A stretch of DNA of 64,000 nucleotides from Chiloscyllium plagiosum (Eukaryota). The position numbers and the translations under genes are program-made. The notes under the pieces were generated by a model. It saw only the letters and a list, made by a program, of their open reading frames with translations, had not been told where the DNA came from and did no database searches. Below, piece after piece: positions 12,141-24,625 of the stretch. The stretch's first letter is position 1. Each line of letters starts with the position of its first letter. The stretch spans positions 77,811,571 to 77,875,570 of the forward strand of contig NC_057718.1 of the NCBI RefSeq assembly GCF_004010195.1. The letters are read 5' to 3'.

Positions 12141-13819
12141 CAGATTTATCTAGGTTGACACTGCAAATATCTGAAATGTCAGTCAATTCTGTTGTCCACG
12201 TTAATCAAGGACACAGATGCACTATTAACCTCAGCATCCTTGGACATATCTCTTCTGTCATTCCTTTGCAACTGTATTTCATTTGCAGTGTTGCAAAGAA
12301 ACAGAATCTGATAGTGAACTTGGCTAAACCTTTGACATCATGTATTTCTCTTTCCTGCTTTTGTTGATCCTTGTCAGCTAATTAAAGGGCTGGTAAGCAT
12401 TGATTCCAATCTACATAGGGAGCAAAACATCCAAAGGCTCTGAAAACATTTAGGAGTTTTCTGCCAGGTTTCCACTAGTTTACAAACTTCTCGGTTCATC
12501 AGCCCTTTCTATTCATAAATGGCAAAGCACCTGGCATGAATGTGGTCAACAATGTTCAGACCTTGCCAGAACCCCGTCAGATGATAGAAGGGTACAACTG
12601 TTTGTTTTTTTTCGCTGCTTCCTTTCCATAAGAAACATGGTGAAATATTTGGTGTTAATACACAACATAACAATTGCCAGTTTATTACAATTGTGGATCT
12701 AAGTTTGGAACATGTTACAGAGATTCTTTGCATTTACCTGGCAGAACCAAGGTCGAGGATCAGTAACTTTACTAGTTGTTAATAGAAACTTTACTGGTTT
12801 GCATTCTCAACATCTGATTCATTCAAAAGATCACTGTTTGCTGCCTTTGATATGTTGGAATATATTTCTACCAGTTGTTTGTATTTTACATTCTGGTGTG
12901 CTTACTAAGATTTCTGTTGAGTACATCTTTCTGGATAATTATCGTTTCTCTGTTTTGGTCTATGATTCATACCTTTGACCTTCATTTAATTTTGATAGAT
13001 TGTATAATCTTTTCTTTTATTTTTTTTTTGCTTGTGTTCTGTAAGATTTCTCACTGTCTGGCACCTTTGATAAGCTTGGACATTTAGTCCTGGAAATAAT
13101 TCCTTAAGTAGGAAAGACAGTTGCATTTGGAGTTTCCTCCCAATCAGTAAGTCTGATAGTGTTGCTGGGATGCCGCCACACTCTGCAGCCACCAAAGCTG
13201 CCCCGGGGCCAGGAAACCAAGGAACCAGCCTCTGCCACTGTTGATCAGATCCAGAATGCCACCTCTGCAAAAGTACCTCACCACCACCGATACCCTAGGC
13301 ACTACCATAGCCAGGAGACTGTCCCAAGTTTCAAGGACCGGGACACATCTTGACTTGTGAGGAGCAATTGACCGTCCAATAGAACTCCCAAGGATCAAGA
13401 GATCGCTCACATTGCCATTGTTGGAGATGCCACTGAGACACCAAAAGAGAAGAACGGATCCCAGTTCATCGCTGGAGCCATTACTCACATTGTGACTGCC
13501 ATGACCATGAGGAACGGAACGGATCCACCAGTCAACAACTCCCCCAACCTATCTCCACCATCACAGAAGCAGAAAAAAGAAAAGATGAATTTAATTCAAA
13601 AGTTAAATGATGAAAATAAAATTTTAAAAAAAGGAAGGATGCAATTGGTCATGCAAGAGGGAGCAGATAGGCCTGGGAACCCAAACATTTCCTACCCTAT
13701 CACCTCCACCATCTTGAGTTGCATGACTTGCTGTTGAAGAAGAATAAATCCATTCCTAGACTTTCCCATGGCCTGGATGGAAATTTGTATATTTTTAGTA
13801 ACTATCTCTGTTTTTGTTG

Positions 13820-16010
13820 GTGCATTGCATATATCACACAACTTTAAATCACTTTTTGAAACTCCTAGGCACACATTGATGACTGTGCGTGGGCTCTGCA
13901 TTTTGTTATGACTATGTGATCATAACATAGTTTTTCTAAGATGACTACTTGCAGTGAGAACTGGAATTACTCATCTCTTGTTGTACATTAGTACATCCTC
14001 CACATTATAAAGTGCCTTCTGTGTTTGAAGAATATTTTTATGATGTAGGGTTCTGGTTTGTGATGTGTTATTTTCTAATATTTAAGTGGTGCAAACCACC
14101 CCAAAATCCCTGGTTCTAGACACTGGACTTACTTAGGAAAAGTGACATTAAGAAGGCAATAGACAGGTGTTTCAGGATAAAAGAATCTCTGCATATATTA
14201 AAACACAAAGATAAGTATAACACAAGAAAATATAGATAAATGCAGGAAACAGGGAAATTGACTCAATGGACTATACAGAGGACAGTAATACTATTAACTA
14301 TACTATTAGCTGGACCAAACAGTATTAGAACCTAAAAACAACATTTGAATCGCAGAATCTTTAATTAGGCTTCCTACCCTTGGTATCCCAATGCACAGTC
14401 ACCATCCGTCATCCCCTCCCTGCCAGATAAGTTGGAAACTTTGGGGTCTCAGGAGTTTCAGCTCACCACTGAGGAAAATGTGGTTTTGAAAAATACCTGG
14501 CTATTCCCACTTGCTGTGCCTGGAGCCTGGATGAAGACTTCAGACTGCGTAGGCTTTTCAGTTTGGGTTGAGTCTGCTGATGCTGTAAGACATGTATGGG
14601 GTAAGTACTTGGTTTTCTTTACTTTCTGCTGGTTTTGTGGGCCCAGTTTTCACCTCAGGTTGTGTCTGAGACCTTATGGTGCTGGTTGGCTTGGTTGGTT
14701 TTCAGAGTTTGTTGGTTCTTGGATCTGCTGGTAGTGGTTGGTTTCTATTGGCTCTCCTGGTTCAGAACAGCCCTGTGTCTGGTAGCTCATGCTCGGAAGC
14801 TCTCAGATTTCTCTCGGAAATAGCTCTTGGGACCACCCCTGAAAAAAGACGTTTTCTTCTGGAAATAGCTCCCTCAGGTGAGTTCAGAGCCTGCAATTAT
14901 AATTATTCTGAGCCCCTTATGTTCATGCTAAATCTATGTTTTCCATTGTGTTTCTAGTATTTCTTCTGAAGTAATTGGTTTTCTGATCGTTAAGAGTATG
15001 TGTGAATGGATTTTGAATGAAGTTGAATGTCTAGTGTCTCTATGAATGGATTTTTATTGAAGTTTAATGTCAGATGTCTCTGTAGACCCCTTATTGTCTT
15101 TGCTGGGCAGCCCTAGGTGTAAAAACTGTCTTAGAAGTTTCAGTTGATTGTCCTTTTGGACAGAAGTTGTAATTTGGAATTCCAGGCTGAACAACAGTCC
15201 CAGACAGAAATCATTCTGGCTCTGTTGTATATTTGCTGCAGCCTTGGCCCAGGATTTAATTCAGTATTTTAGATATTGGAAAAGTTCATGGTCTTATCCA
15301 GTATTTTAGATGATGGGTATATCTGCTCAATCCTACAATGACTACACCATTAGCACATTTTCTGACCAACCTTGCATGCAGTATTTGCAAATTTGGATGC
15401 AAGCTTCACTTTAGCACATGAGAAATTGCTCAAAGTTTGTTAATGTTTACCAGCTATAGTGCTGCAGTGCTCTGACAGTAAGCCTTAATTTCATCAATAC
15501 AGTTCATGTTTTACTTGATGAGAATATCCACAGATGTTCTAGACAATGCATGTGCTATTACTTGTTGTTTACCCAGTGTGTACACTATTTTGTAAGATAA
15601 TCTCTTGAAATGAAAACAGATTTTCAGTGGTTTTTGTGATTTCCTTTTCATCAAATAATGAAACTTATGGTTTGTGATTCTTCTGTATGACCATTTTAAT
15701 ATCGATGATATAGTATGAGAACTTTTCACACCTCCATGTGATTGAGGCAACTTCTTTTCCTACATACCTTACCTTCGAATCTGATGATACTCATGGCCCA
15801 ACAAACATTTGCCTGTATTTGAAGAATGACCACCTCCCAACCTGTGGCTGAGGCATCCGCTGCAATTATGGCTGGTAATGAAAATTTTGATATTGTGTCA
15901 CAATATTTGGAAACATTAGAATATTCTCGATCCTTTGCAAAGATTGTCCTTAATGTGCATTCCAACATCATGCATGTGCTTCCTTCAAGGAATGCTTTTT
16001 AGGTCTTGAC
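13820..16010 (-). mobile_element. Decayed Gypsy pol (RNase H to integrase zinc finger), split by a solo LTR
   Basis: IIAADASATGWEVVILQ (RNase H DAS motif, ORF 15726..15971); VIAHALSR (ORF 15511..15750); ILEKLCYDHIVITKCRAHAQ at ~13890-13950 (integrase H2C2 region). Confidence 0.75.
14044..15337. mobile_element. Solo LTR (1294 bp)
   Basis: Starts TGTAGGGTT, ends AATCCTACA (8/9 inverted match); 4-bp TSD ATGA at 14040-14043 and 15338-15341. Confidence 0.8.
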
Positions 16011-16862
16011 AGCATAATGAAAGGAACGACATCTTTTAAGCAACAGGAGAATCTGACATTATGTTGTCAGGTTAATTATATCATCTGCATTTGTCCTGTC
16101 ACACAATGTATTCTTTGCAAGCACCAATGCATACATATTCTCATGGGGCATAAGTAACAAGATACAATACATATGGTACATGTGAACACAAAAGATTTCA
16201 GAGACAGTTCAGGACAATGCTCACTAGACAATATTGGACTCTTCCAGCTCTGCTGAACTGGAGACACAGTGTCCTTTGGATTGGTAACTCTGAGAAAGTT
16301 GCAAGAAACGCAGGTGATAAAGTATTGTCGAATCCTAGTGATTAATAATGTGGGAGGTTAGTCTGAATAATGGAGGACAAAGGGAAGAGACTGTGAGCAG
16401 CTATAGACAAGAAAGGAAGAGGCATATTGATCTTTGCTGAACATTCTCTAGCACTGGCACTAGGTCCTCATGATGTTGCTCTTGATGCAACACCCTCTGA
16501 GATTTCCGAGTTGGTTTTCCTAATGACATGGTTTGGTTATCATTTGCCACTGGTAAGAAGATTATTTCCTTTAGGATTCTCACTGCTATCAGCATCATGT
16601 CCAGGGAGTTATCTGGAAACTTTGAGCAACCTTGCCATTCTTTGCAGCCATCTTCGAGAAATTGAATTGCCAGAAGTTGCATTTATGTAGAATGCTTGCA
16701 ACCTCCCTGTAAAAACTCCATTTACTCTGTAAATATGATCTCTGATTGCTAATGAAAATTCTGCATAGCTCTCTGAGTGATTGTTGTTAATGAATTGGCT
16801 GAAGTACAATCGATCAACTGTGATTAGTGTCCAGCATTTAAAAATCCTCATACTCTAGATAT

Positions 16863-17155
16863 GGGCGGCATGGTGGCACAGTGGTTAGCACTGCTGCCTT
16901 GCAGCGTCAGAGACCTGGGTTCAATTCCCGCCTCAGGCGACTGACTGTGTGGAGTTTGCACGTTCTCCCCGTGTCTGCGTGGGTTTCCTCCGGGTGCTCC
17001 GGTTTCCTCCCGCAGTCCAAAGGTGAGGTGAATTGGCCATGCTAAAATTGCCCCTAGTGTTAGGTAAGGGGTAAATGTAGGGGTATGGGTGGGTTGCGCT
17101 TTGGCGTGGACTTGTTGGGCCGAAGGGCCTGTTTCCACACTGTAAGTAATCTAAT
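16863..17155 (+). mobile_element. HE1/V-SINE-type SINE, near full length
   Basis: A box TGGCACAGTGG, B box GGTTCAATTCC, V-SINE core, CR1-like 3' end, TAATC tail. Confidence 0.92.
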
Positions 17156-17156
17156 T

Positions 17157-17420
17157 GGCCATGCAAGATGGTGCAATTATAGTGTCCCTACCTCTAAGTG
17201 AGGAAACCTAGGTACATGACCTACCTGCACCTGGGATGCATAACAACGTCTCTGAATAGGTTGATGACAAATATCTTCACATATTCACACAGCACTATCT
17301 TGAGGGCTTTTGTGGAACAGTGCTAGTGTCCCTACGTCTGGGTCAGAAGGGTCAGGTTCAAGACTTACCAGTTGCAGAGGTGTGGCATAACACGTCTGAA
17401 CAGGTTGATTAAAAATATGC
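17157..17420 (+). repeat. Two diverged copies of a ~115-bp tRNA-like short repeat
   Basis: TAGTGTCCCTAC.TCT...CATAAC...GTCTGAA.AGGTTGAT at ~17180-17277 and ~17322-17418; second copy has a GGTTCAAGAC B-box-like motif. Confidence 0.6.
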
Positions 17421-18369
17421 ACAATTGAATAAACAAAATCAGATAGGATTTTGCATTATCAGTGTAATAATTACTTTTGTCCCTCAAAATCCTAAACACC
17501 CAACAAACCTTCCAGATGCCACATCAATGAAAATTACAAGGCTTTGGTCTATCCCTCACCTCAGGCTTGGTAAAAAAATGTTATACAACTAATTTGAGTT
17601 TTCATTTGTTTGAAGTAATTAAAGATGTTATTGCAGCATTATAGGATCCAAAAAAATCTTGATTAATGAAACTGCAAGAAGCAGACTTAATGTTGCTGCA
17701 AGGCCATAAGTTGAAATGGAAGGTATAACAGCCCATCAGGAGTGAGCAAGTAGCATGAGTTGACATGGAGATGTCATGAGGAGTGGGTGGAGGTGAACAT
17801 TGGGAGCCTAGAATGTAACCAAACACACCCAGAGAACTTTTTCACCGACCTACCTTGGGACTTAGTCAGCCCATGGCCACCACTGTTCTGCATATGGAAG
17901 AACAGACCTGACTCCATCCTGCAATGAGCTCCTCAAACTGAAAATAGAGTGGAAGAGACACTATATGAAAATGGTCTGCTGAGTGAGGAAATTTCCCAAC
18001 TGGAGTTACCTCCCTTGGTTGCAAAAATCCAATCTCAAAACTCCTTTTCCACTTTTAATACATTCACAGATAGAACATCTACAATCTTTTGAGATAGACA
18101 ATTCCAAACCTTCAAACTCTTTGAGTTAAGTTATCTCTCATAATAGGATTAACTGTTCATGCTCAGACTATATCCTCATACTCTAGATTCCCCAACTGGA
18201 GAAACAACCTCTCATTCTATACACCAGTGCCTCCTAAACTATGTTCCATGTTCCAATGTGACCTTATTTAACACTTGAAAATTAACATGACACTGGATGA
18301 AACCAAAAACAGTAATAAATTAGCATATTATAGATCAATGTATAATGTGTCATATATGAAAATCTGAGT

Positions 18370-18750
18370 TCACAGAACTGCTACTGCTATTTGACCTGTC
18401 ATATCAGCCTGGTCCAATCCATGAGTTGTCTCCCTGTATATGTTGGAGTCTTTCAATGCTAATTGCTGGTATGTCTTGCAAATGTATTGGAGAGGTGTCT
18501 TGACAGTTTTGAAGGGTATGGCAAATGCCAGATACCAATGTCCATGATGAGGAGTGTACATGGTGGTGCCTGTGGATCATGCTCTGAGACATTGTTTGAT
18601 CGGAAGCAACATGAAGGTTCTTTGGAGTAACGGAATTCACCAGGTACCTGCTCTGATTTCCATGGCAAAATTTCTCAACGTCAAACTTGTTTGGTAAGAT
18701 AGGAAGCTGAACATCAATGAGGTGAGTTGGGCTGTTGACAAGGATTTAAC
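18370..18750 (-). mobile_element. Possible decayed Ginger/KRBA2-like DDE integrase fragment
   Basis: Frameshifted pieces resemble LID...KF.LLPIK...G.PH.LQ.D...IHG; weak, by eye only. Confidence 0.3.
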
Positions 18751-19873
18751 AACCCTTCTTCCTAACAGTTTACCTCACTCACTCATATTCTTCCCAAAGC
18801 CCTTCTCCCTACCCCACAATCAGTCACAAGTACGTCTCTCCTCCCCAACCCCTGTAAAACAAACTACACATGCCCACAAAATATAGTCCTTCTCCCGGGA
18901 GGAGGGAGCCTGTACAACAGCCAGACAAAAGCAGAAAAGCAGTAAATTTTGAAGCTGCCACTCACTTCTCTGGCTCAGCCACATGAGGACAGCTTTTTTC
19001 ACATTCTGAATGCAGTCAGTCTCTGTCTTCGCTATCTGCACCAAGACAGAATCTCTCTGTAATACGATGATTTTCTTAGAGCCTTGTTAAGAATTAATTC
19101 CAGCATATTTTCAATGCCTAGTATCAGTTGACTGGCCTGTGCTTCTCTTTTTTCTCTCCTTCTTTTTTCTTGAATAGGGGGTTTGCTAATTTACAATCCA
19201 CTGGGACGATCATAGAATCTTAAAATGTAGAAATATTTTAACCAGTGTTTCCACTATCTTGATAGCTACCACTTTTATGAACCAGATGATGTAGGCAATT
19301 GGCTTCTTGGGATTTTTTTGATTTTGGTCCTCCAAGTTTCTCTAATGCTTTTATCAGCTAACATCTTAGTTCCTTTCCTCTTATTAGGCACTGATAGTTT
19401 TGTTTCCTAATTTCCGATTTTTAACTTCTGTTGTAAAATATACACAAACGGATAACCTTTTATAAAGATTCCAGAATATCTAAAAGTAAAAAAAAAAAGT
19501 ATGTGGGACAGATATTTGCATTTTCTATTGGAAAAGGAGCCCAACAAGCTTTGAGGTAATTCAGGTTTGGTTCAGGTTGTGACAGCAGTCCCCACTCCAT
19601 GCCATCACTGATGACAGGGTCACACTTGGCAGCTTAAGGAGAATTTTGTTTTTCCTGATCTTTAATATTATAATTTTGAACAGACTTCGAAACATTCCTA
19701 AAACCTGCCTTGCTGTCAACATGAAGATTGCTGAGGACTTAGGAACATCTGGATCATTAATTGTTAAATGAGTCTGACACTTTCAATTGCATTATTAGAT
19801 ATTGAATTATAAGTTTAATATGCAGTGATTGATTATAGAGCTCTGACTTGAAATTGTCCTGACCATTACAGAG

Positions 19874-20038
19874 ATCGCACAACACCAAGTTATAGTCCAA
19901 CAGGCTTATTTGGAAGCACTAGCTTTCGAAATGCTGCTCCTTCATCAGGTGATTGTGTGAAACCTGTTGGACTATAACCTGGTGTTGTGTGATTTCTAAC
20001 TTTGACACCCCAGTCCAACATCGGCGTCTCCAAATCAT
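19874..20038 (+). mobile_element. Fold-back mini PLE, family B (apex deleted)
   Basis: CACAACACCAAGTTATAGTCCAACAGG inverted against CCTGTTGGACTATAACCTGGTGTTGTG, followed by the family-B tail. Confidence 0.85.
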
Positions 20039-21079
20039 GATTATGGAGTTCAGCATTGTGCTAGTACTGACATGCATTTGAGTACTTTTCCCATTGGGAC
20101 AAGTGCCGTTATCTATTCAATGCGAAAGAAAACAGTGCTTCAGAACTGTATTGTCATGATTTCAGGGAATTTAAATCTCCACAGTCCCATGAATTTGAAA
20201 ACAATATAGGACTTCAGCTTTCATTTACTCAAGGAACAGGGAATTTCCTGTTTGATAGGATATTGTGCAGCTTAGTAAAGGACCATCCAATTTTTGCAGT
20301 TTCAACAGACTCACTACTTACATTTCCAAGTATTTGTTTGGACAACTATGGTCATTATGGTTGAGTTTCAAATCTAATAACCACTAATCTCAGTGGGGGA
20401 GCCATGTTCACAATTTAATTGACAGTTTTAAGCATTACTTTTTGATATGGTTTCTGAATAGATACGTATTTGTTTTGACAAATGAATCACCACATGAGGA
20501 AAATACATTTTTCTATTGGTTCAGGATTTTAAATACATGAATCACTAACAGTGACAACTATTTTGGTGACAACTATTAAGTTGCTTTCAGTGATAGCTAT
20601 TAAAAGTGAATTTTTAAAGTATTTATTTCAAAGGTTTGCCATTGCTAACTTATGGGTCCTGGATGATGTAGAGAGTGCTTACTGGGTGTGTAGTGATGAA
20701 GTAAATGGCCATAGAAAGCAGAGGTGGTCTGAAATTATGAAGGGCATGTGGTGTGAGGGTCATGGTTAGGGAGGCATTAGAACTATAGTGAAGAGCTGAA
20801 CCAAAATCCCTGAGAATGAAGGCAGACTTTTTAATTAGCCCTCTTCAGCAGCCTCCATTCTCCAATACTGCCTTGGGATTCGTGAAACTTGAACCATGTT
20901 TATCCATATGCCCAGGAGACAAACATCCAGCTGGTAGGAGCAAAGATGATGAACTTGATGTTTGCGAAGTCAAAGGATGATCTTGGATTTCCAAGTCCAA
21001 AGTAAAAACCCAGCCCAAAATGTTCAATGTCTCTGCCATTTCTACAATCCTTTTGCTAATTTCTCTAATCTGTAAAGGA

Positions 21080-21277
21080 GTGTGGTTGGAGTATCCCAAG
21101 GTGGAGGATGAGGACATTGATTCTAAGTTGTTGGAGGGTCCCAAAGTGGAAGATGAGGACATTGATTATGTGTTTTTGGAGGGTCCCAAAGCAGAAGATG
21201 AGGACATTGATTCTGTGTGGTTGGAGGGTCCCAAGCTGGACACTGATTCCGTGTGGTTGGAGTGGCCCAAGGCAGAA
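21080..21277 (-). repeat. Tandem array of a 45-bp PLE endonuclease-derived unit
   Basis: Units start at 21080, 21125, 21170, 21215 (36 bp) and 21251 (partial); minus-strand translation repeats LIFHLGTLQPHGINV-like 15-mers (ORF 21065..21289). Confidence 0.92.
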
Positions 21278-21680
21278 CCCTCCAACCACACAGTATCAAA
21301 GTCGATTTCACCAGTTTCCTCATCTCCCCTCCTCCCACCTTATCCCAGATCCAACCCTCCAACTCCGCACTGCCCTCTTGAACTGTCCTACCTGTCCATC
21401 TTCCTTCCTACCTATCTGCTTCACCCTCTACTCCAACCTATCACTGTCACCCCCCACCTTAATCCACCTAACGCATTCCTAGTTTCCCTTCCCCCCAGAC
21501 CATGCCCCCTCCCATTTATCCCTCAATCCCCTTGCCCCCACCCCTCACAACATTCCTGATGAAGAGCTTATGCTTGAAGTGTCGACGCTCTTGCTCCTCA
21601 GATGCTGCTTGACTGGCTGTGCTTTTCTAGCGCCATGCTTTTTGACTCTGATCTTCAGCATCTGCAGTCCTCACTTTCTC
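21278..21680 (+). mobile_element. PLE family A 3' end (GIY-YIG C-terminus, 3' UTR, decayed hammerhead, tail)
   Basis: Aligns with 44470-44825; degenerate TSD CTAATCTGTAAAGGA (21065-21079) / CTAACCTCTAAAGAA (21681-21695). Confidence 0.88.
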
Positions 21681-21695
21681 CTAACCTCTAAAGAA

Positions 21696-22090
21696 CCAAT
21701 GTTTACTTAACTAGTGTTCTCAGTTTGTATGTCTGTAAAAGGTCTTACTTTATTATTCCTGGCTAGTTTACTTCCATATTTTATTTTCTTTCTCTTTTTA
21801 TTAACTTTTTGTTTGGCCTATGCTGGTTCCTAAAAATATCCCAATCGTCAGGCCCATTGCTATTCTCTGCAACATTGTAAGTCTCTCCTTTTAATCCAGT
21901 ATGCTCCTTAACTTCCCTTGTAAACCACGAATGAATCTTTGGTTTGAGTTTTTTTATTGTTTTTGATGGAATGTGTTTGTGTTCAACATTTTGCATAGTT
22001 TCTTGGAGGAACATAAGCATTTTGGTTTTGGCGTTCCTTTTATAACTTATGGGAATTGCTTTCAAAGCATCTCAGCCAAAGTACTGCACA
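21696..22090 (-). mobile_element. Degraded CR1 ORF2 fragment
   Basis: ORF 21781..22065 SWFTREVKEHTGLKGETYNVAENSNGPDDWDIFRNQ...KKLIKRERK. Confidence 0.75.
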
Positions 22091-23922
22091 TTTGAAGTGT
22101 TATGCAATGAGAAGACATCATGGAGTTGTCTGGAGCATCAGTGCCATACCAGACATTATACACTTTCATCTCATCTGAAGTTCTCTCTGCCAACTTTTTG
22201 TTAATATCATTTATTTTGTCCTCAATGTTCTTTGCTTGCCAGATTTTACCATTTCCCTCTAAGTTTGACATTTGCTACATGCCCTATATACCCACTCCCG
22301 TACCTTTATAAATGACAGCTGCACCATAGATCCCTTCAGCATTTAGATTCAGTAGGTAGATTTAACTCTAGAGGTTTGCCATAATTGAATAATTAGACCA
22401 AACTTAGTTTTATTTGTAAATATTGAGTAAGGAACACCAACAGCAATATAAACATTTTGTACATCATTCTTATTACCAATATTTCACCAATAAAATAATT
22501 CCAAACCTACACTATCAAAGTCCGCTCCCAACAAAGTTTGAGTTGGGCTCTTGCCTTATAATCCTCCTATGAAGCAATTAACATTCAAAGCTAATGGACA
22601 TGCATAAAGATGACTGTTCAGTAAATTAGGGCCTTCATGATTGTGACAAGTTGCTTCAAATTGAAATTTCTGAAATTGCTGCCAGAAAAATCCTCAACAA
22701 TCTAACAAATTATGCTTCTATTACTTTGAGAAATCAGGCTGTTCTTTTTGGCAGGAGAAAATAGGCCTGAAGGAATGACCTAGGCCTGAAACAGGAATGA
22801 GCAAGTTTCCTTCTGCAGGTTAGGATTCCCAGGGCATCTTGTGGTGGTTGAAAGCCAATGCATGCAGAAGGAGTTCAACTCAAATCCATCAAGGCTCAGA
22901 AGTGTTTCAGCCCAGATCTAATGAAATAAAATTGTCCCAACTTACACTTGAACTGAAGCAGGACGACTTGTAAGAGCACTCTTAAACTAAGAGGCAGAGA
23001 ATAAAATAGTGTCAAGACTGGAATAAAGAAAAATAAATCAATTTCAGCAGAATCTTGGGTATTACATTGCCTTACTGTCAATCTAATGGGATAGGCATAT
23101 AAGATTGAAGCATCAATGTTTCTAATGCACATATGATTTATATTTTAATCAGGTTTCAAGGTTTGAAAACTACTTAATATGTGAAATTTGCAAATTATTT
23201 ACTTATTGAAAATTATTTTAAAATTTATATTAGTCCCAAGCTGTTTCATTGACTCTTGGTGCTGTAATGTAGTAATCAACACTATTTAACGGTTTTGTTT
23301 TTCACCTGTAGTGTGCTACGCAGTTACACAGTTTTGTATGAAGTATAAAAGAAAACAACCAAGTGCTGGATCTGATATAAATGCAGATTGCTATCCAAAA
23401 ACAACACCTTTCAAGTCCAGTTTGCTGACTAACTCACTTTGTTTTATTTTTCAAACAGATAGACTTTTAAAATATTCAGCCAATAATCTAAACAAGTGGA
23501 ATGGTCCTGACTAAGCAACAAACGCAAGCAAAAAAAAATTATAATTCACCCTTCCCAGTTGGAATTTCCAATTGCTACTCACTGTTTCCTTAATTATGAG
23601 GGAAATTGTCGTTTATGTGCTGTTACTTCTGCTGATGGCTTGGAAGCAATTCCGAAGGTAACATGGTAGTCTGTAAAAAAAAATATGGATTAGAAAGATC
23701 ATGCCACATATCTAAATTTATTCATCCTACAATTTGTTCTTAAACAATTTCAGGGCATTTGTCTTTGGTTACATCGAAATGCAATCACGTACAATTGTCT
23801 ACCATAAGTTTCTGTAGTCACGTGACCTGCACTATGACCACATACCCTGTCGGCACATATTGCATCTTCACTGCAATAAACTCCTTGTATTGAACACACT
23901 TTCATGTTGTGTATTTGAAATA

Positions 23923-23940
23923 TTGCGTCAGAAGTGAGAT
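23923..23940 (+). promoter_or_regulatory. Degenerate tRNA-Leu primer-binding site
   Basis: TTGCGTCAGAAGTGAGAT is 15/18 identical to TGGTGTCAGAAGTGGGAT; lies after an AATAAA-containing LTR-like stretch and before gag. Confidence 0.6.
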
Positions 23941-24514
23941 TGGGGTAAATTTCCAGCCCAAAAGAAGAAAAATAGCTCCAGACCTGTGAGCTGCTACTGA
24001 AAAAGAAAAACAATCACAGTTAAAACACTGTTTAAGAGAAACCAGCTGCAGATTTTTTTCTCTCTGACCAGCTCCTGTTCAAATGAATAGGGTATGAGTC
24101 AGAACTAGGAATTCTTCCACGAACAATGGCAGAATTGCACAATAGCAAAGGATTTGTTGAGCAAACCAGAAACAGTAAAAGTCACTATGCTTTATCATTG
24201 TTAGGAAGAGACTGTTACAAGATATATATCAGCATAAATCTCTTTGAAAAGCAGAAGAAAAAACATGCGGCAGAATTTTTAAAGCTTTGAAAGCATATTT
24301 TCAGCCCCAAGTGAATATCACACATGAACAGTATGTATTCAATATTGAGAACAAAGTGAAAAAATGTTCATTGATCATTACATAACATCATTATCTCAGC
24401 TTACAGAAATCTGTAAATTTGTGCAATTAAAGGATGAGCGAATTAGAGACAGAATTGTATTAGAAATAAGGGATCCAAAGTGAAATCACACCAACTGAAA
24501 GAAACAAAACAGTT

Positions 24515-24625
24515 CTAATGAAATGTTATTTCTGCTTTTTTTTCCACACATGCTGCTGGATCTGCTGAGTTGTACCAGCAATTTCTGTTTTGTTTTAGAT
24601 CTCCAGCATCTGCAGTTCTTTGTGT
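24515..24625 (+). mobile_element. Old PLE terminus, family C
   Basis: ATGCTGCTGGATCTGCTGAGTT...CCAGCATCTGCAGTTCTTTG, related to family A termini. Confidence 0.6.

Noticed and set aside
12900..13800. GC-richer block with several overlapping ORFs
   Set aside because: No recognisable protein motif, termini or TSD; probably an unclassified repeat, but I cannot support a call.
16863..16935. tRNA gene
   Set aside because: The tRNA-like head continues directly into a SINE core and tail.
18690..18730. GAG|GTGAGT splice donor at ~18721
   Set aside because: All three upstream frames hit a stop within about 8 codons.
21080..21277. CRISPR-like array
   Set aside because: Units are contiguous with no unique spacers, the context is eukaryotic, and no cas genes are present.
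21020..21559. 179-aa ORF with acidic repeats (EGPKVEDEDID) and a Pro-rich tail
   Set aside because: It is the antisense reading of the PLE-derived 45-bp array plus the C-rich PLE 3' UTR, not a host gene.
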